Assembly: GCA_965287045.1 (NCBI GenBank)
Contig: OZ336885.1
Coordinates: 22,072,001-22,136,000, forward strand
Length of the DNA: 64,000 nt
Source: Carcharhinus amblyrhynchos
Lineage: Eukaryota
Reading direction: 5' to 3'
Made by a program: the position numbers and the translations under genes. Shown one piece after another: positions 1-12,714 of the stretch. The notes under the pieces were generated by a model. The model did not search any database, was not told the origin of the DNA, and saw only the letters and a list, made by a program, of their open reading frames with translations. Position 1 is the first letter of the stretch, and the number at the start of each line of letters is the position of its first letter.

Positions 1-1589
1 GTAATTGTAATGGATGACTTAAAACGCAAATGTTTTTGAAGAAATATCAGAATACATGTCATTCAATATGCTTGGATTGAGAATTGGAAGAGGAGTCTGA
101 TACTATTTTGTCAAGAAAATGATCTGATGGTGGTAGATGTCCTTTTGAAACAACCAAAAAGACTGTACATTTGGAGAAGTCCAGGCAGTGTATGTAAAAA
201 TCAATTAATGTGGGCAAAATCCCATCAGCAGGTTCAATGGCAGGCAATGGGAAGTCCAAAAATCGATTTCACGTTGCAGTGAAATAATAATGGGATCTCC
301 CAAATCTGGCCTCCATGGTTGGTTGCAATTCCTGCCAGACACCGGTATGAAAATGATTTGCATCCCACTAATGGATGCAGATGAACATCAGATCAGAATC
401 TTACCCCATGCTCAATTCTCCGCAATGCCAGTGGGAAAACACTAGAACAAATCTAGACCAATACCATGTATAAAGGTTGGGACTTAACTCAAGAAGATTT
501 TGGGCATTTCACGGAGATTTGAGGAGGAAAGGAAGGCCTCCGTGGTCTGGTGCACCAAGTGCAGCACTGGGTGGGTAGACCTTCATCCATGTAGTTGTTT
601 CTGTGAAGCAGCTTCCAGAAGATAAGAGTTCTTTCTTAGCAACCTCATTCAACCTTCAGAACCGCTTCCAGGGACTTCACCATGGGATCAGACCTTTTTT
701 CAGGGACTGTGCCATGGAATCAGGTCAGCCAGCTGCAGGAGGTACTGTTGGGCAGCAAAGGTCTGTTGGTTATGGCGGGGAGCGGTTAAAAAAAGCTTGG
801 AAAGTATTTCCAGGAGTAAAAACTTGAAGAAAGAACGCTGACGGCATAGTGCTGTTTACAGAATCAGAAGAGGCCCCACCAAAATATTGTGCATCAAGTG
901 AAATATAGATGTTTCAAATACAGATTGAATATGGACACTTAAAAGACAAAAGCAATGGTAGTTAGAAGGAATACGTTAGAAGAAACTAGAATGAAGATTG
1001 AATTGGATGGTTTCACACTGGAACAAGTGGACAAGCTTGACTGTTTAGGACAACTGATGACAGAAGATGATAGGTGCAATGCCAAAAAGGATAAAAATAG
1101 CCAAAAGTAATTTTGTGAAGATGAAGAATTGGTCAATATGTACTCTTTTCACAGCGCACTGGGAGATCAGTGCGCATGTTAATATTGCCCTCTAGCAGTC
1201 AGCAGGCCTTGCGTCATCAATAAATTCCATCCACTCCCCCTACTGGTGAAAATTGCATTTTGCCTTATTTCTTTTTCCTAAGTGCCAAAAGCTTGTGGCT
1301 GGGAGCTTGCACGAAAAATGGACATAATTCTTTCCCATTTTCACGCTTATTCAGCTCTTAGAATCTTTTTAATAAGATCACCCCCAACAGGTTTTAATGA
1401 ATATACTAACAGGATCAGACCATTCCAATTTATCTTTCTTGTGTGGATGACCTTCTACTTATCCAAACTGAAATCCAGTTGCTATATTTTTGATCATTCA
1501 CCTGGCATGTCTGCCCTTTTTAAACTTTATGTTTCCATCTGCAAACATATTATCATTCTTAATTTGGTGCAAGCTTGGATATGAAACTT

Positions 1590-2060
1590 TCTTTTGTCCA
1601 AGTTATCTATAATAATGATGAAAAGCCATTAGCCCAGTAGGAACGCTGTTTCTCACATGCTCCACATCAGAAAGAAGTTCCCTCTATCTATACTCTGTCT
1701 CCTACCTTCCAGCCAATTTCCAACCCTTACCAAAAAAGTTACATTCAATTCTGTGCATACTCATTTTTGCTCAAAAAATCTTGTGCGGACCCTTATCAAA
1801 TATCTACTGGAAATCCATATACACAAGATCCATTGATATATCCTTACCAACCATGCTAGTGACCTGAAAGAAATCAGTGAGACATGATGCACCCTGAACA
1901 AATACATTCAGTTATTTCCTGTGTCCCTCTGTCTGTGATGGTAGATTCCAGTAAGTCTGCCACAATTTATGTTCAATTAACAAGTCTGTAGTGACCTGAT
2001 TTCTACGCCCTCCCCCCCCCAATCCTTTTAAATAATAGAACAAGATTTCAAATTTCCAAA
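1590..2060 (-). mobile_element. Degraded CR1 LINE fragment (RT region)
   Basis: Antisense CR1-like phrases (cttatcaaatatctactggaaatccatatacac; agccaatttccaaccc). Confidence 0.55.
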
Positions 2061-2489
2061 CCCAAGTGACGGAGATTGTTTTCAGGACAATTTAATGAAT
2101 CTGCTGTCTGGAACAATAATGCATTTCCAGGTTTCAGCGTACAGGTTGCAAGCAGTCAAACCAAAGAGGCATTGGAATCCATGGAGCAACCGGTTGCCAA
2201 TGTCCCCTGGATAATGGTGAAGGGAGGCTGCTCAGAGGGAAAAATAAGTTATAATTTCATGAAGCCTGCTCAGAGGTAACGGGTGCGATCTTACAACTTT
2301 ATCCCGCCTGACTTTCAGCAAGGTGAGGTGGGTGGAACGATTGGATGAGAGGCAAAAAATGAGAAATATGCTGGTTCCTCGTCTTCCTCTATCATCCCAG
2401 CCCTGTTTTGCTGGCAAAATTGGCCTCGGTCCCAGAAAAGGATGCAAAATCAATTCAAATATTTATGACAACCTAAACATAAATATTCC

Positions 2490-3140
2490 CAGAGGGAACT
2501 CTGCAGGGGTAGCACTTGGGATGGGAGGGAGACAGGAAACTCTGCAGATCAGGAGTCTAATAATGACCATAAAATCACTGTTAATTGTCGTATAAACCAA
2601 TCTAGTTCACTAATTCCTTTTAGGGAAGGAAATCTGCCATCCTTACCTGGAGTGGCTTATATATGACTTCTGACCCACAGCAGTGCCCTCTTGAAATAGC
2701 CTAGCAAGCCATTCAGTTGTATTAAATGAATGAAACGAGATGGACCACCCTTCAATCTGAAGTATTTGCTACAACCTTCAATCAGAAGTGCCAAGTTGAT
2801 GATCCATCTCAACCTCCTCTGGAGGTCCCCAACATCATAGATGCCAGTAATTAGCTAATTTGATTCATTTCCAGTGATACTAGGAAATGGCTGAAGCCAC
2901 TGGCTACTGCAAAGGCCTGACAGTAGTCCAGCAATAGTACTGAAGACATGTGCTCCAAGACCTCCTAGCCATGCTGTTTCAGTACAGTTACAACACTGGC
3001 ATCTACCAAGCAATGTGGAAAATTGCCCCAGTATGATCTGCAGACAAAAAGCAGGACAAATGCAATCCAACCAATTTCTGCCCCATCAGTAAAGTGATAG
3101 AAGGGGTAATCCAAAGCAATTAATGCTGGCTTAACCAGCA
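2490..3140 (+). mobile_element. Shark SINE/LINE-derived repeat fragments
   Basis: tctagttcactaattccttttagggaaggaaatctgccatccttacctgg is the reverse complement of the repeat cores at about 27750 and 40660. Confidence 0.55.
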
Positions 3141-3723
3141 AAGCACACACCCCTGAATAAAGAAATAACACAAGTTACTTTAAACAGGGCATGTGGTGCT
3201 AGCTTCTCACAATATTGTCCCCTGCCCAGGCATCCAGCTGATCAACAGCACAGTTAGTTACCTCTGGCATCCAGCCTGTGTTATGTAAAGAAGGAGGCTG
3301 GGAAAAGTCCACGTGCTGCCTGCATTCATGTCAAAGTTATTCCTGCATTGTACTTCCAGTTTTAGGGGTTATCGCATTTTGCTCCCATTGCAGGTTAGTT
3401 ACATATCTCAAACAATTTACTAGCACAAAGAGGAAACGTTAGCACTAACTAACGTATTGAATCATGTAAATTGAGAGTTTTGCGTCTATTTGATTTATAA
3501 ATTATTTTGTGGATGGAATTGCACAGAATTATACAGCAGCATTGAGATGACGGATTTTGATTCTTGTAGGAAAGTATAGCAGCAGTGAAGGAGTTTTGCA
3601 AACAGGAAGTTGTTTTAAAAAAAAGAGGTAATTCATGTACCCAGCTAACTAACTTGTATTAATCCCGAGACTAAGGGTCTTGTTGAATGCAATAGGATTA
3701 CAAAGCGGCCTCTTTATTTCATT

Positions 3724-3923
3724 ATGTGGAGACACTGGCGTTGGACTGGGGTAAACACAGTAAGAAGTCTCACAACACCAGGTTAAAGTCCAACAGGTTT
3801 ATTTGGTAGCAAACACCACTAGCTTTCAGGGCTTTGCCCCCTCTTCACCCCGAAAGCTAGTGGCGTTTGCTACCAAATGAACCTGTTGGACTTTAACCTG
3901 GTGTTGTGAGACTTCTTACTGTT
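3724..3923. mobile_element. Penelope-type palindromic element with 71-bp inverted arms and an 11-bp TSD
   Basis: Arms 3757-3827 and 3852-3922 differ at 2 positions. TTTATTTCATT flanks it at 3713-3723 and 3924-3934. The family assignment is from recollection. Confidence 0.75.
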
Positions 3924-5165
3924 TTTATTTCATTGCCATAATTTGTGTCTCCATCAGATTAAAGTTAAGCACATGACAATAACTATGGTGAAGGGAGGAG
4001 GAGATTGTTCTTTAATTCATCCAGACATCCGAAGTACTGTTTTGATAATGCTTATTAGTGACCTTGGTGGACCTCAATGTCGTAGCACTCAGCTTCACTC
4101 CAGTGATTATGTAGTGACATTATGGGTCTCTCTGGAGCCATTTCCCATTTGAAATAAGGCAGAGAAAATCAGGACAAAATAAATGTATCAAAGGAGCTGC
4201 AAAGATCCAGCCATTGACCTGGATGACTATACTCTCCTAGATGCAGATCAGCTGAATAGGAGAGACCAGAATTACTTACTGTTCATGTAGGACATATCAA
4301 TATGGGGAGGGGTCTGATGCAATTAGTGTAGCCAATTGACTGTCCTAGAGACTCATGGAAATTAGTTGCACTATACAATGCAACTCTTTCACTGTTGCTA
4401 AATGGTAATTCTTGGTAAAATATTAGCCTCATGACAAAGTATTACTGCATCTGTGAGCAGCAAATAGGTTGACACTGCAGATGTTCCCAGTGCCAGCCTG
4501 GAATGTGTTAGAAGCATAAAAAAATGAGGACTGTGCTGATCCTCACAACTACTGATATTAATGCTCAGCATATAGTTCATGTCTCAAAGCCTTTTGTGTT
4601 TATTATGTCACCATTTGGTCACTGTTTCTCCAATAAACTATGGGCTCCTGAGACGTGGGGTCACAAATAATGTGCCTTCGTACCACCTCAAGTTTCTGCT
4701 AACTCATTCCTTATGCTACTCAGCCAAATCAAATGGTTGGAAATAGCTGAATGCAATGCTTTTTCAGCTGTGTTTAGGTTGCTTGGAAACTCAAAAAAGC
4801 AGCTCATTCACAAGAGTTATACAGATAGAAGGAGCGTGAAGCACATGTTATGGAAGTTGATAAATACGGAACTTCTTTCTCTCCAGGCAAACGACAATTA
4901 TGCTGATATTAATTATCTTCACTGTACTCTTTTTGCACACAGAAGTCTGTTCACATGGCCAGGAATATAGGGTTAATTAAGATTGCAACATAGATTCCTA
5001 ATGTTAGTGCCTTATTTCCCCACTTACCAACTGTTTAAAGATTTAGTTTCTAGGCTACGTAGTTGATACCCCTCATGCACATTGTTGTCTGTGACACTTA
5101 TACCAATTTGATGAAGTCTAGCAAAATTAGATTCTTATAATGTGTTCATTTCTTCATCCTTTCAG

Positions 5166-5365
5166 GTCCAACAGATCTTAGCATGAAGGCACTGGCCTCA
5201 AACTCAACTTCATCCAACACAAACAACAGGAGTGTACCAGCAGCACAGCTCAGTCCAACAGAAATTAATGCGGTTCGGCAGCTCATCGCTGGCTACAGAG
5301 AGTCAGCAGCCTTCCTCCTCCGCTCCGCAGATGAACTGGAAAACCTCATTTTACAACAAAATTGA
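5166..5365 (+). CDS. NOL4L: NOL4L (nucleolar protein 4-like) last coding exon, phase 1: (G)[65 protein letters not shown]
   Basis: Pyrimidine-rich acceptor tttcttcatcctttcag ends at 5165 and TGA is at 5363-5365. The C-terminus matches the NOL4/NOL4L signature [37 protein letters not shown]. The VPxAQ and LIAG residues and the convergent ASXL1 neighbour favour NOL4L over NOL4. Confidence 0.88.
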
Positions 5366-8300
5366 CTCTTGTCAGCACAGTCCTAATGATAAAACCCCAT
5401 GTCCTGTAGTTACCCAGTTCAAAACTGGAAATTGGGAGGAGATTCCTCTTGTTACAAGATGGCCATTAACCCATTGCTGCTATGGAAGTGATAATGCCAC
5501 CAACCTTTAACCTCAGACCTTCATCAGGACCGAGCGTGTGAGTGCGTATGTCTTCAACCCAAGGACCTCATTCACCAGAGTATCTTCATTATCTTAGTTG
5601 GCAGCATAAACTGAGAGATTTGACATGTGCAAGGACGTTGCTCCTTTCATGGGCAGCTGCAAGTTCCTGGCCAGTTGCCACACAAAATCCACATAGCATT
5701 CAATTCCCAGGTGCAATACCCAGTAACGCTGCTAATAGAAATAACCTAGTCTGGGCCTTCTGGAAGAACAATAGAGCAGAGGAGTCATTCTCCTTTGCTT
5801 TGTGTTCATTCTAGTCATCAGTTTGAAGTATTATGAGGATAGTAACATCACTCGTACATGGATTATTCAATTAATTTAGAAGTTTTTAGTACTAATTTTT
5901 TTTTGCTCTTTTTGAAATCTAAACATTGATGTACTAACATCTGCAGTGAAGTCTGAAATACATTAATGGGTGCAATTGTTGGGGATCCATAGCCAATAAA
6001 ATATCATGGTATTAAAGCTGATTATGTATTCAACAATGCAGGGTCAAAAGTGGATAGGTAGATAGATTCTAGAATGAAACTTATGAACAAGAAATGCAAC
6101 CATGAGTGTATATCCAAGTCCAAAAGTGATGGAATTCTGCATACATTTAACTATAATTAGTAGGGTGCATTATTAAAGATATGCTGCCCATTTTATGCTT
6201 GCCTGTACATATGGATTAGCATATCAGGTAAACAACAATACAGCTCGGTGCTAGTTCATTAATATTGGGGATATAAGCTCTGAAGAATTATAATCATGTC
6301 CTGATGTCAGAATATGCCCAATAGAAAATGTAGAATTTGTAGCCTATATCTATTATTTTATATATCAGCAGGATAGGTATTCCTTAGAAACATTCCATAA
6401 GCCTAAAAATTCCATTTTTGTCATAACTATTAGTATATTTAATATAATTAGCAGTTGTAGTTTAAATGTAGAGTCAGGATCCAGCTTGACTCTGAAGAGA
6501 ACCAGAGTGTGACCAGCTTGGAGAGATAATCCCACTCTACCTGTTTGAGATGAGAGTCAAAATCCAATCAGTAACAGAAGTATTAAGCACCTTTGCATGC
6601 CTTGTACTTATTGGACACCTTTCAAGTAATCATACTGTATAAATGCTAATACTGTTTCTCGAACATTTAAATTTAACTGCGGAGAGAGGCATTCTGTGCA
6701 CAGTTGCAGGTACGTGTTCATAGGGCTCCCTCCTGTGTGAGAGAAAAAAGTTTCAGCAAGTCACTGTAAATGGGGTATTGCCTGGCTATAACTGACAATA
6801 TAAATGCAGCCTTAGGGATACATTTTGCGACTAGTTAAGTGCTTATCCATTATTGCAGGTGAACCATAAGGTCCTATTCATCATCTCATGAAGTAACTCC
6901 AGATATTTTTCACTTCATTCACAGTCAAATGCTTGATCTCAAATCATGCAAGATTAGGTGTGTCTCTTCAGCAAATCAAAGTGCATCATGAAATCTTTCA
7001 GAACTCAGGTAGCAATTTATACCAACGTCAATTTTTTACTATTTTTTTAAAAAATGAATACTGTGAAACAGGAAATGGTTTCTTATTTTATACTTTTCTC
7101 TAATTCTGCTTTGTAATAGTTACCATTAGCAACTTAAAATAATTATTGTAGATCTTTATATTGTTAGAAGCAAGTACTGTGTTTGAAAAGTTTAAAATTA
7201 AACTTAGTTCTCAAAAGATAAAATACTTTCTCCACCTGCATCAAGCTGTATAAAATATTTGGATAAGATGACTCCAGGAAGGCATTAACCGAATGAATTA
7301 CCAGAGATTTGTTCTCTACATTCATGGGTGAACATATTAACTTTGTAGAAATATCTACCTGAGAAAAAGTATTTTACTCATGCTAACTTTTTACAGAAGA
7401 GAATAGGGCCAGCCAGACAAGATGCAGCCCAGCAAGATGTGAAAGTGATACATCTGCATCCAAATGTCACATACACAAATATATTGTTTGCTTTCCAAAG
7501 AATTCTATTGTCACCTACTTACTGTGGAAAATCCACAATTTTGCTCTGAGTATCCAGTAAAGGATACATTTTTAGAAAGGGTCACATTCCTGCAACTTTA
7601 AACCATACCTAATAGATGTGCCCTAGTTTGCTGCCTGCACATAAAATTTATCCTGCCTTTGGAGCAAATGTCAATTGCACTTTGTCAAAAGATTGCTTTA
7701 GCCTGCTGTTACCCAGATATGACTAAATGTGCTGGTTACTAACCTTTAACCACTCCTAGAAAAAGACTATGAGATACCTCTACCTCAGTTTTCCTTTCAT
7801 TATTATGTTAAATACATGCCAAGCATCAGCTGTAGTGTAAAAGTCAAATCACACAAAGATCTACATTACTTCAAACTAGAACTAATATCATGCAATGACT
7901 GATCCATAAAAAAAATTAGTTTGAGATATTGCCTGTTCACTCTTCCCCACCTATTGATAAGTTCATTCATGTCACTCCTTCGAGCACATCAGGAGAGTGT
8001 GAATAAACTACACATTGGAATTTAGCTACGACTTGATTAAAGAGGGCATTGAAAGCTTGCAGTGCTGCCTTTAAGAATGGGTATTTCCCATTGAACAAAC
8101 CTCAATAACGAATTTTATTGTACAGAAGAAACCTTTTAACGTTTCAAAATTAGTATGCATTTTATGTTTATTCACTCAAAAACAAACTTATTCAGGAAAT
8201 AAGTGACCAAATCACCGATAAGTAATACACACTAGATTTTTGATATTAACACCATTACTCGGATATTGTAATATTACACATCTCTTTTCTGAGCTCCAAC

Positions 8301-8439
8301 CATCCAAATCTTGTGAATTAAGACCAAAACAATTCAGCAATATTACCTAGATAGTAAATAAGCATGAACCTTAGACAGAAACATTCTTCACCCAGATCAT
8401 CATCCATTTTGGATCAAAAAGACCAATCCAAATAACATT

Positions 8440-9110
8440 TAACATCTTAAGAAAAATTAGGAACAGTGGAGGTTCAAAGAGCTCATGCTTATGGGTCACT
8501 AAAGTTGAGTAGTCGGGTGCAAAAAAAAGAGGCTAATGTAATGTTATCCTCTGTATCCAGAGGGGCAGAGTATAATGAGGAAGTTTTTCTACATCTATAC
8601 AACCTTGGTTATACAGCATCTGAAATACTGTGCACAGTTCTAGGCACCACACCATTGAAAGGATATATAGAAGAGGGAAGAATAGTACAAGAGCTGCAGA
8701 GGTTAAATTATGAGAATTATACAAACATGTATTAGGTTTGTTTTTGCTGGAATTGATAAGGTTGAGTAACTTGATTAAAGCCTTTAGGATTTTGGAAGTA
8801 ATTCATAAGGTAGACAGAGAAACATTTCCTCTGGTGAAGTCTCAAACATGGTACGTGGCCTTAAAATCAGAGCCAGGCTATTTAGGAGCTAACATTTCTT
8901 CACACAAAATATGGTGTGGATAAGTGTGGAACTCACTCACGAAAAGCAGAGGATGCCAGCTTAGTTAATAATTTTGAATCTGAAACCGATGGACATTTTT
9001 CTAGCTAAAGGCATTAAGCTGGTTGAAAAGGCAAGCTAGGGCACATTAGCAATGATCTCATTGAATGGAGGAACAGGCTCAAGGGATTGAATGGTCTACT
9101 GTTCCTATCA
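8440..9110 (+). mobile_element. Degraded CR1 LINE 3' end within the probable NOL4L 3' UTR
   Basis: Remnant ORF2 C-terminus (LIKAFRILEVIHKVDRETFPLV) and CR1 tail gctcaagggattgaatggtctactgttcctat. Confidence 0.7.
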
Positions 9111-10571
9111 CAATGCCATGTTTATGTGTTCAGTCAAAATTTCTGCACAACTATATAATCTGTTGGACTATTTAACTCATTTTTCAGATAGATTTTCAAG
9201 TTTGTTTTAACATTACTAAATTCATAAATCTTTATTAAAATAAGCACTCCTTCATCCATACTGAAAATGCTACTATCCTCATAAAGCTCAATTGTACAGA
9301 CCAATGGCACAAATGGATTTTGAACCAGTGGTCATTTCCACCACTGTGATACTATGTTGAAAGGCAATGGAAGCTTAATATAACCTCATTCATATACTTT
9401 CGGGACCTCTTTCAGGGCAAAGAGCAGGTATCAGTTCTCTGTCCTCTGTTTTATGCTAATTGTCCATGTGAGTGATTTGTATATGACACGAAGTTACTTT
9501 TCTTTGTAGTGGGGGTGGCGGGGCGGGAGGGGTGCGGGTATATTTTTCTGTACAGGATGTCGCTAAATTTTGTTCTGTGAGTTGTTGTCCTTAGCAGTTC
9601 CAGAAAAAAAAATAGGCAAAAGACAATCTTAGCCCCCTTTGATGCTGTGATTTACTTTTCTTAAGTGCAGCTATTGAGTAAAACTGGGGGACCACTAAGT
9701 ATTTTTCAGCCATAACTTAAAGTCACTGAAATGTTGTTGCACAATGATAATGAGTAGTTCTGAGGACTGTGTGTAATTATACAGTCATCATTCAAAGATC
9801 TTAACCCTTTGAGTGCTTTTTTTTAAATAAATTCTTGTTGTTAGGCTGTTTACCTTGTTGATCTACTGAACTATTGCACCCTTATGCAGAAAATGTTGAC
9901 CACACGGAAAATATTTTCTGAATGGAAACCATTCCAGTGGCACTGAATAATGCTAGCTGTCCTGCTGCAGAAATAATTTCCTGTAGGATTCCAAGGGTTT
10001 ATTAACCATTAATTGGCTAGAATTTAATTATTGTATGATTGCCATCAGCAAATTAACTGGACGTTGTTCACAAACAACAAAATAGCGGTGCTTTCAATTT
10101 ATTTTGACTGGGAAGAGGAGAATCCGGTTCCTTAACTGTTTGTACCTAATACCAATGTGAACTTTGTATTTCCTTCTGATTTTTGACTCAGTGAAAGTGT
10201 GGCTGTTTACATGTACAGATTTTGCGATTTTCTTGTGTTCTCCAATACCCTGTATTAATGCTGTAGAGAAAAAAAAACAAAATAACCCAAATTCTTTTAA
10301 TATTTATTGCATATACACAGTGAATATGTTTTCCAATACATGTGGCTAATATTTTGATTCTTTGTGTCGATATATGTAAAGCAACTGAGTTCTTTGTATT
10401 TTTTGTTTGCTAAATGAATAGCATGGGCAGTTCTACTTACATATCACTTTAATTGTGAACCAATGATCTTGCTGGAGCTGTCAGTATGGTGTCAAACTAG
10501 CAAAATGCATTGGTTTCATTATACTCTATGGAATATTCTTTGAACTATATACATATATGAGATGGAGTACT

Positions 10572-10577
10572 AATAAA
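10572..10577 (+). promoter_or_regulatory. Candidate distal polyadenylation signal of NOL4L
   Basis: AATAAA at the end of a U-rich UTR-like block; repeat-rich sequence resumes shortly afterwards. Confidence 0.45.
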
Positions 10578-11054
10578 ACCAATATGCGGTGTATCAGACA
10601 GGACATTTTGATGCCAATATTCTTTATTATTATGGTACTGAGTCTAGTGTTCACTAATGTGAACACTTGTAGCTGAGAAATGGGATGCTTCTCTTATTGC
10701 GAATTTATAAATTGTAATCTGTAACGAAATCTCACAATGCTGGATGTTGGAAACTTATCATTTCAGGTCAAAGTTGATTAATCCCTCCACTCATTTGGGT
10801 TTCTTTCAAACTGATTCCTACCGCTTGCTCTGGAAAACTCACTGGTAGCACAGCATCTCTTCTACTTAAACAATTAGGAGGTGCTTCTGCTCTCCTGCAG
10901 GATGTGTTCTCATGGACAACACACATGTTAATATGTATGTTTAAAACAAAAATGATAGATGAAGCATGGGACTGCATTAACACATTACAAAGGATGGGGC
11001 TAAAAAATGTGGTGTAGAGCATTAATATTGTCTCTGAGATGGCAGATGAATGAC

Positions 11055-11312
11055 AATGCCTCACAGCACCAGGGATCTAGGTTCAATTTCCGGCCTCGGG
11101 TCACTCTTTGCAAAATCCACACATGGGTTTCTTCCGGGTGCTTTGGTTTCCTCCCATAGTCAAACAGCTGTACTGGTTAGGTGCATTGGCTATGCTTAAT
11201 TCTCCCTCAGTGTGCCCGAACCGGCACCAGAATGTGGTGACTGGGGGATTTTCACAGTAACTTCATTGTAGTGTTAATATAAGCCTACTTGTGACACCAA
11301 CAAATAAACTTT
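11055..11312 (+). mobile_element. HE1-like V-SINE
   Basis: B-box ggttcaatttcc, V-domain gggtttcttccgggtgctttggtttcctccca, tail aagcctacttgtgacaccaacaaataaac. Confidence 0.75.
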
Positions 11313-12714
11313 AAACAGAAAAAATTTCAAATTGATGCCCACAAATGGGCCTCAACATGCTCCAGTCAAGCATCAGAAAGACTGAAGTCACCACATACAG
11401 AAACTATCTCAAAATTCTGACCCTTGTCACAGATTCAAAGCTCCTTTCAACTATTATCTCAGGCTGAACAAGGCATCTCCATGTTGTACTCAACCCATCA
11501 CCTACAGCAGGTATCGATAGCCTGTTCTTCAGCTTCGATGGCAACTTTGTGCCTGGCCTTGGCACTGACACTCATCTCATGATGGAGCTTTAAAAGTTCT
11601 GCTGATTAGTCTTACTTATGCACATTCAGGTTTTACAATTTTTCGCCTGAAAACTTGCTGGAAGAGAGAGCGAATTACAGCACATGCAGGGCAAGATAGC
11701 ATTTGGGACCTTGCTGAGTGAAGGAAAAATACTATCTCAACCAAGATTCAAGGATTGTGAAATAAAACAGAGTGAATTAGAGTATGTAAAGGCAATGTCA
11801 AATCAGATACAAAAAGAGGTGAAGTGAAGAAGAGAGAAAGGAAAACAAAAAAGAAAATTAAAACTTGACATTTTAAAGTTTAAGACAAATCCCAATCTGA
11901 AGGAACGAGATTCCACACTTTCAATTGTTCACTTTCTGATCAACAAGGATCAATTGCAATTACCATGTTGTTAAAGGGGCACACGCACTAGACTTGGCTT
12001 TTTGGAGCAATTTTAATGGGCGATTCTAACAATTTCTTGAAAATCATTGGGGCTGTCAAGCATGAGATACTTTCTCATGCAGCCAATTTTGCAATTCACA
12101 GGTATCTCTTCCTCGTCACTACACGTTGCTGGCTGATTTGCACATTACTAACAACATCACATTCAACTGTCGTATTTTCAGCAATGTCTGATCCGCTGTG
12201 CACCCAACATATGCCGCAAGTTATCATCCCGTCAAATGCTGAAGGGTCCACTCTGCCTTAGTGGGAACAGGATGCATAACAAAAATCATTCTAGCAAGTT
12301 TATGCAGTTATGTATCCAACTACCACATAATCTAGGGTAATTGCTGTCATTTTCAAGGTTATTGTACTGATGATGACATTCTGTGAATTTTGTTTCTACA
12401 CAATACTTTTCAGTTCAGTATCACAAGATGTCTTAAATGCACTTGGGATTTTTCCAGTAGTCCAGAATTTCCAAAGGTGAAAATAAGTGGAAAATCAAAT
12501 TGCAGCAGATACGGTGTGAAATTATGTTTACAGACAGGATTTCCGTGTCTTGTGCATCACTTGTCAGATTGCTTTTAGCCTGAAAAGCTATTTTTAGAGG
12601 AAGAAAACGTGTGGCAAATTCCACGCTAACAATTATGGACATTGGCAGCAAAATCTTGGTGTATTTCCCAATAAGTAAAAACTAAGGAGAAGAAGTGTGT
12701 GCGCTGATAATATA

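Larger units (their letters stand above)
5366..10600 (+). other. NOL4L: Probable long NOL4L 3' UTR
   Basis: Mostly non-repetitive AU-rich sequence after the stop, with TGTA motifs and miRNA seed matches. AATAAA occurs at 5995-6000, 8002-8007 and 10572-10577. The distal end is inferred. Confidence 0.5.

Noticed and set aside
3757-3922. miRNA precursor
   Set aside because: A near-perfect 71-bp stem with a TSD indicates a transposon insertion, and I recognise no mature miRNA.
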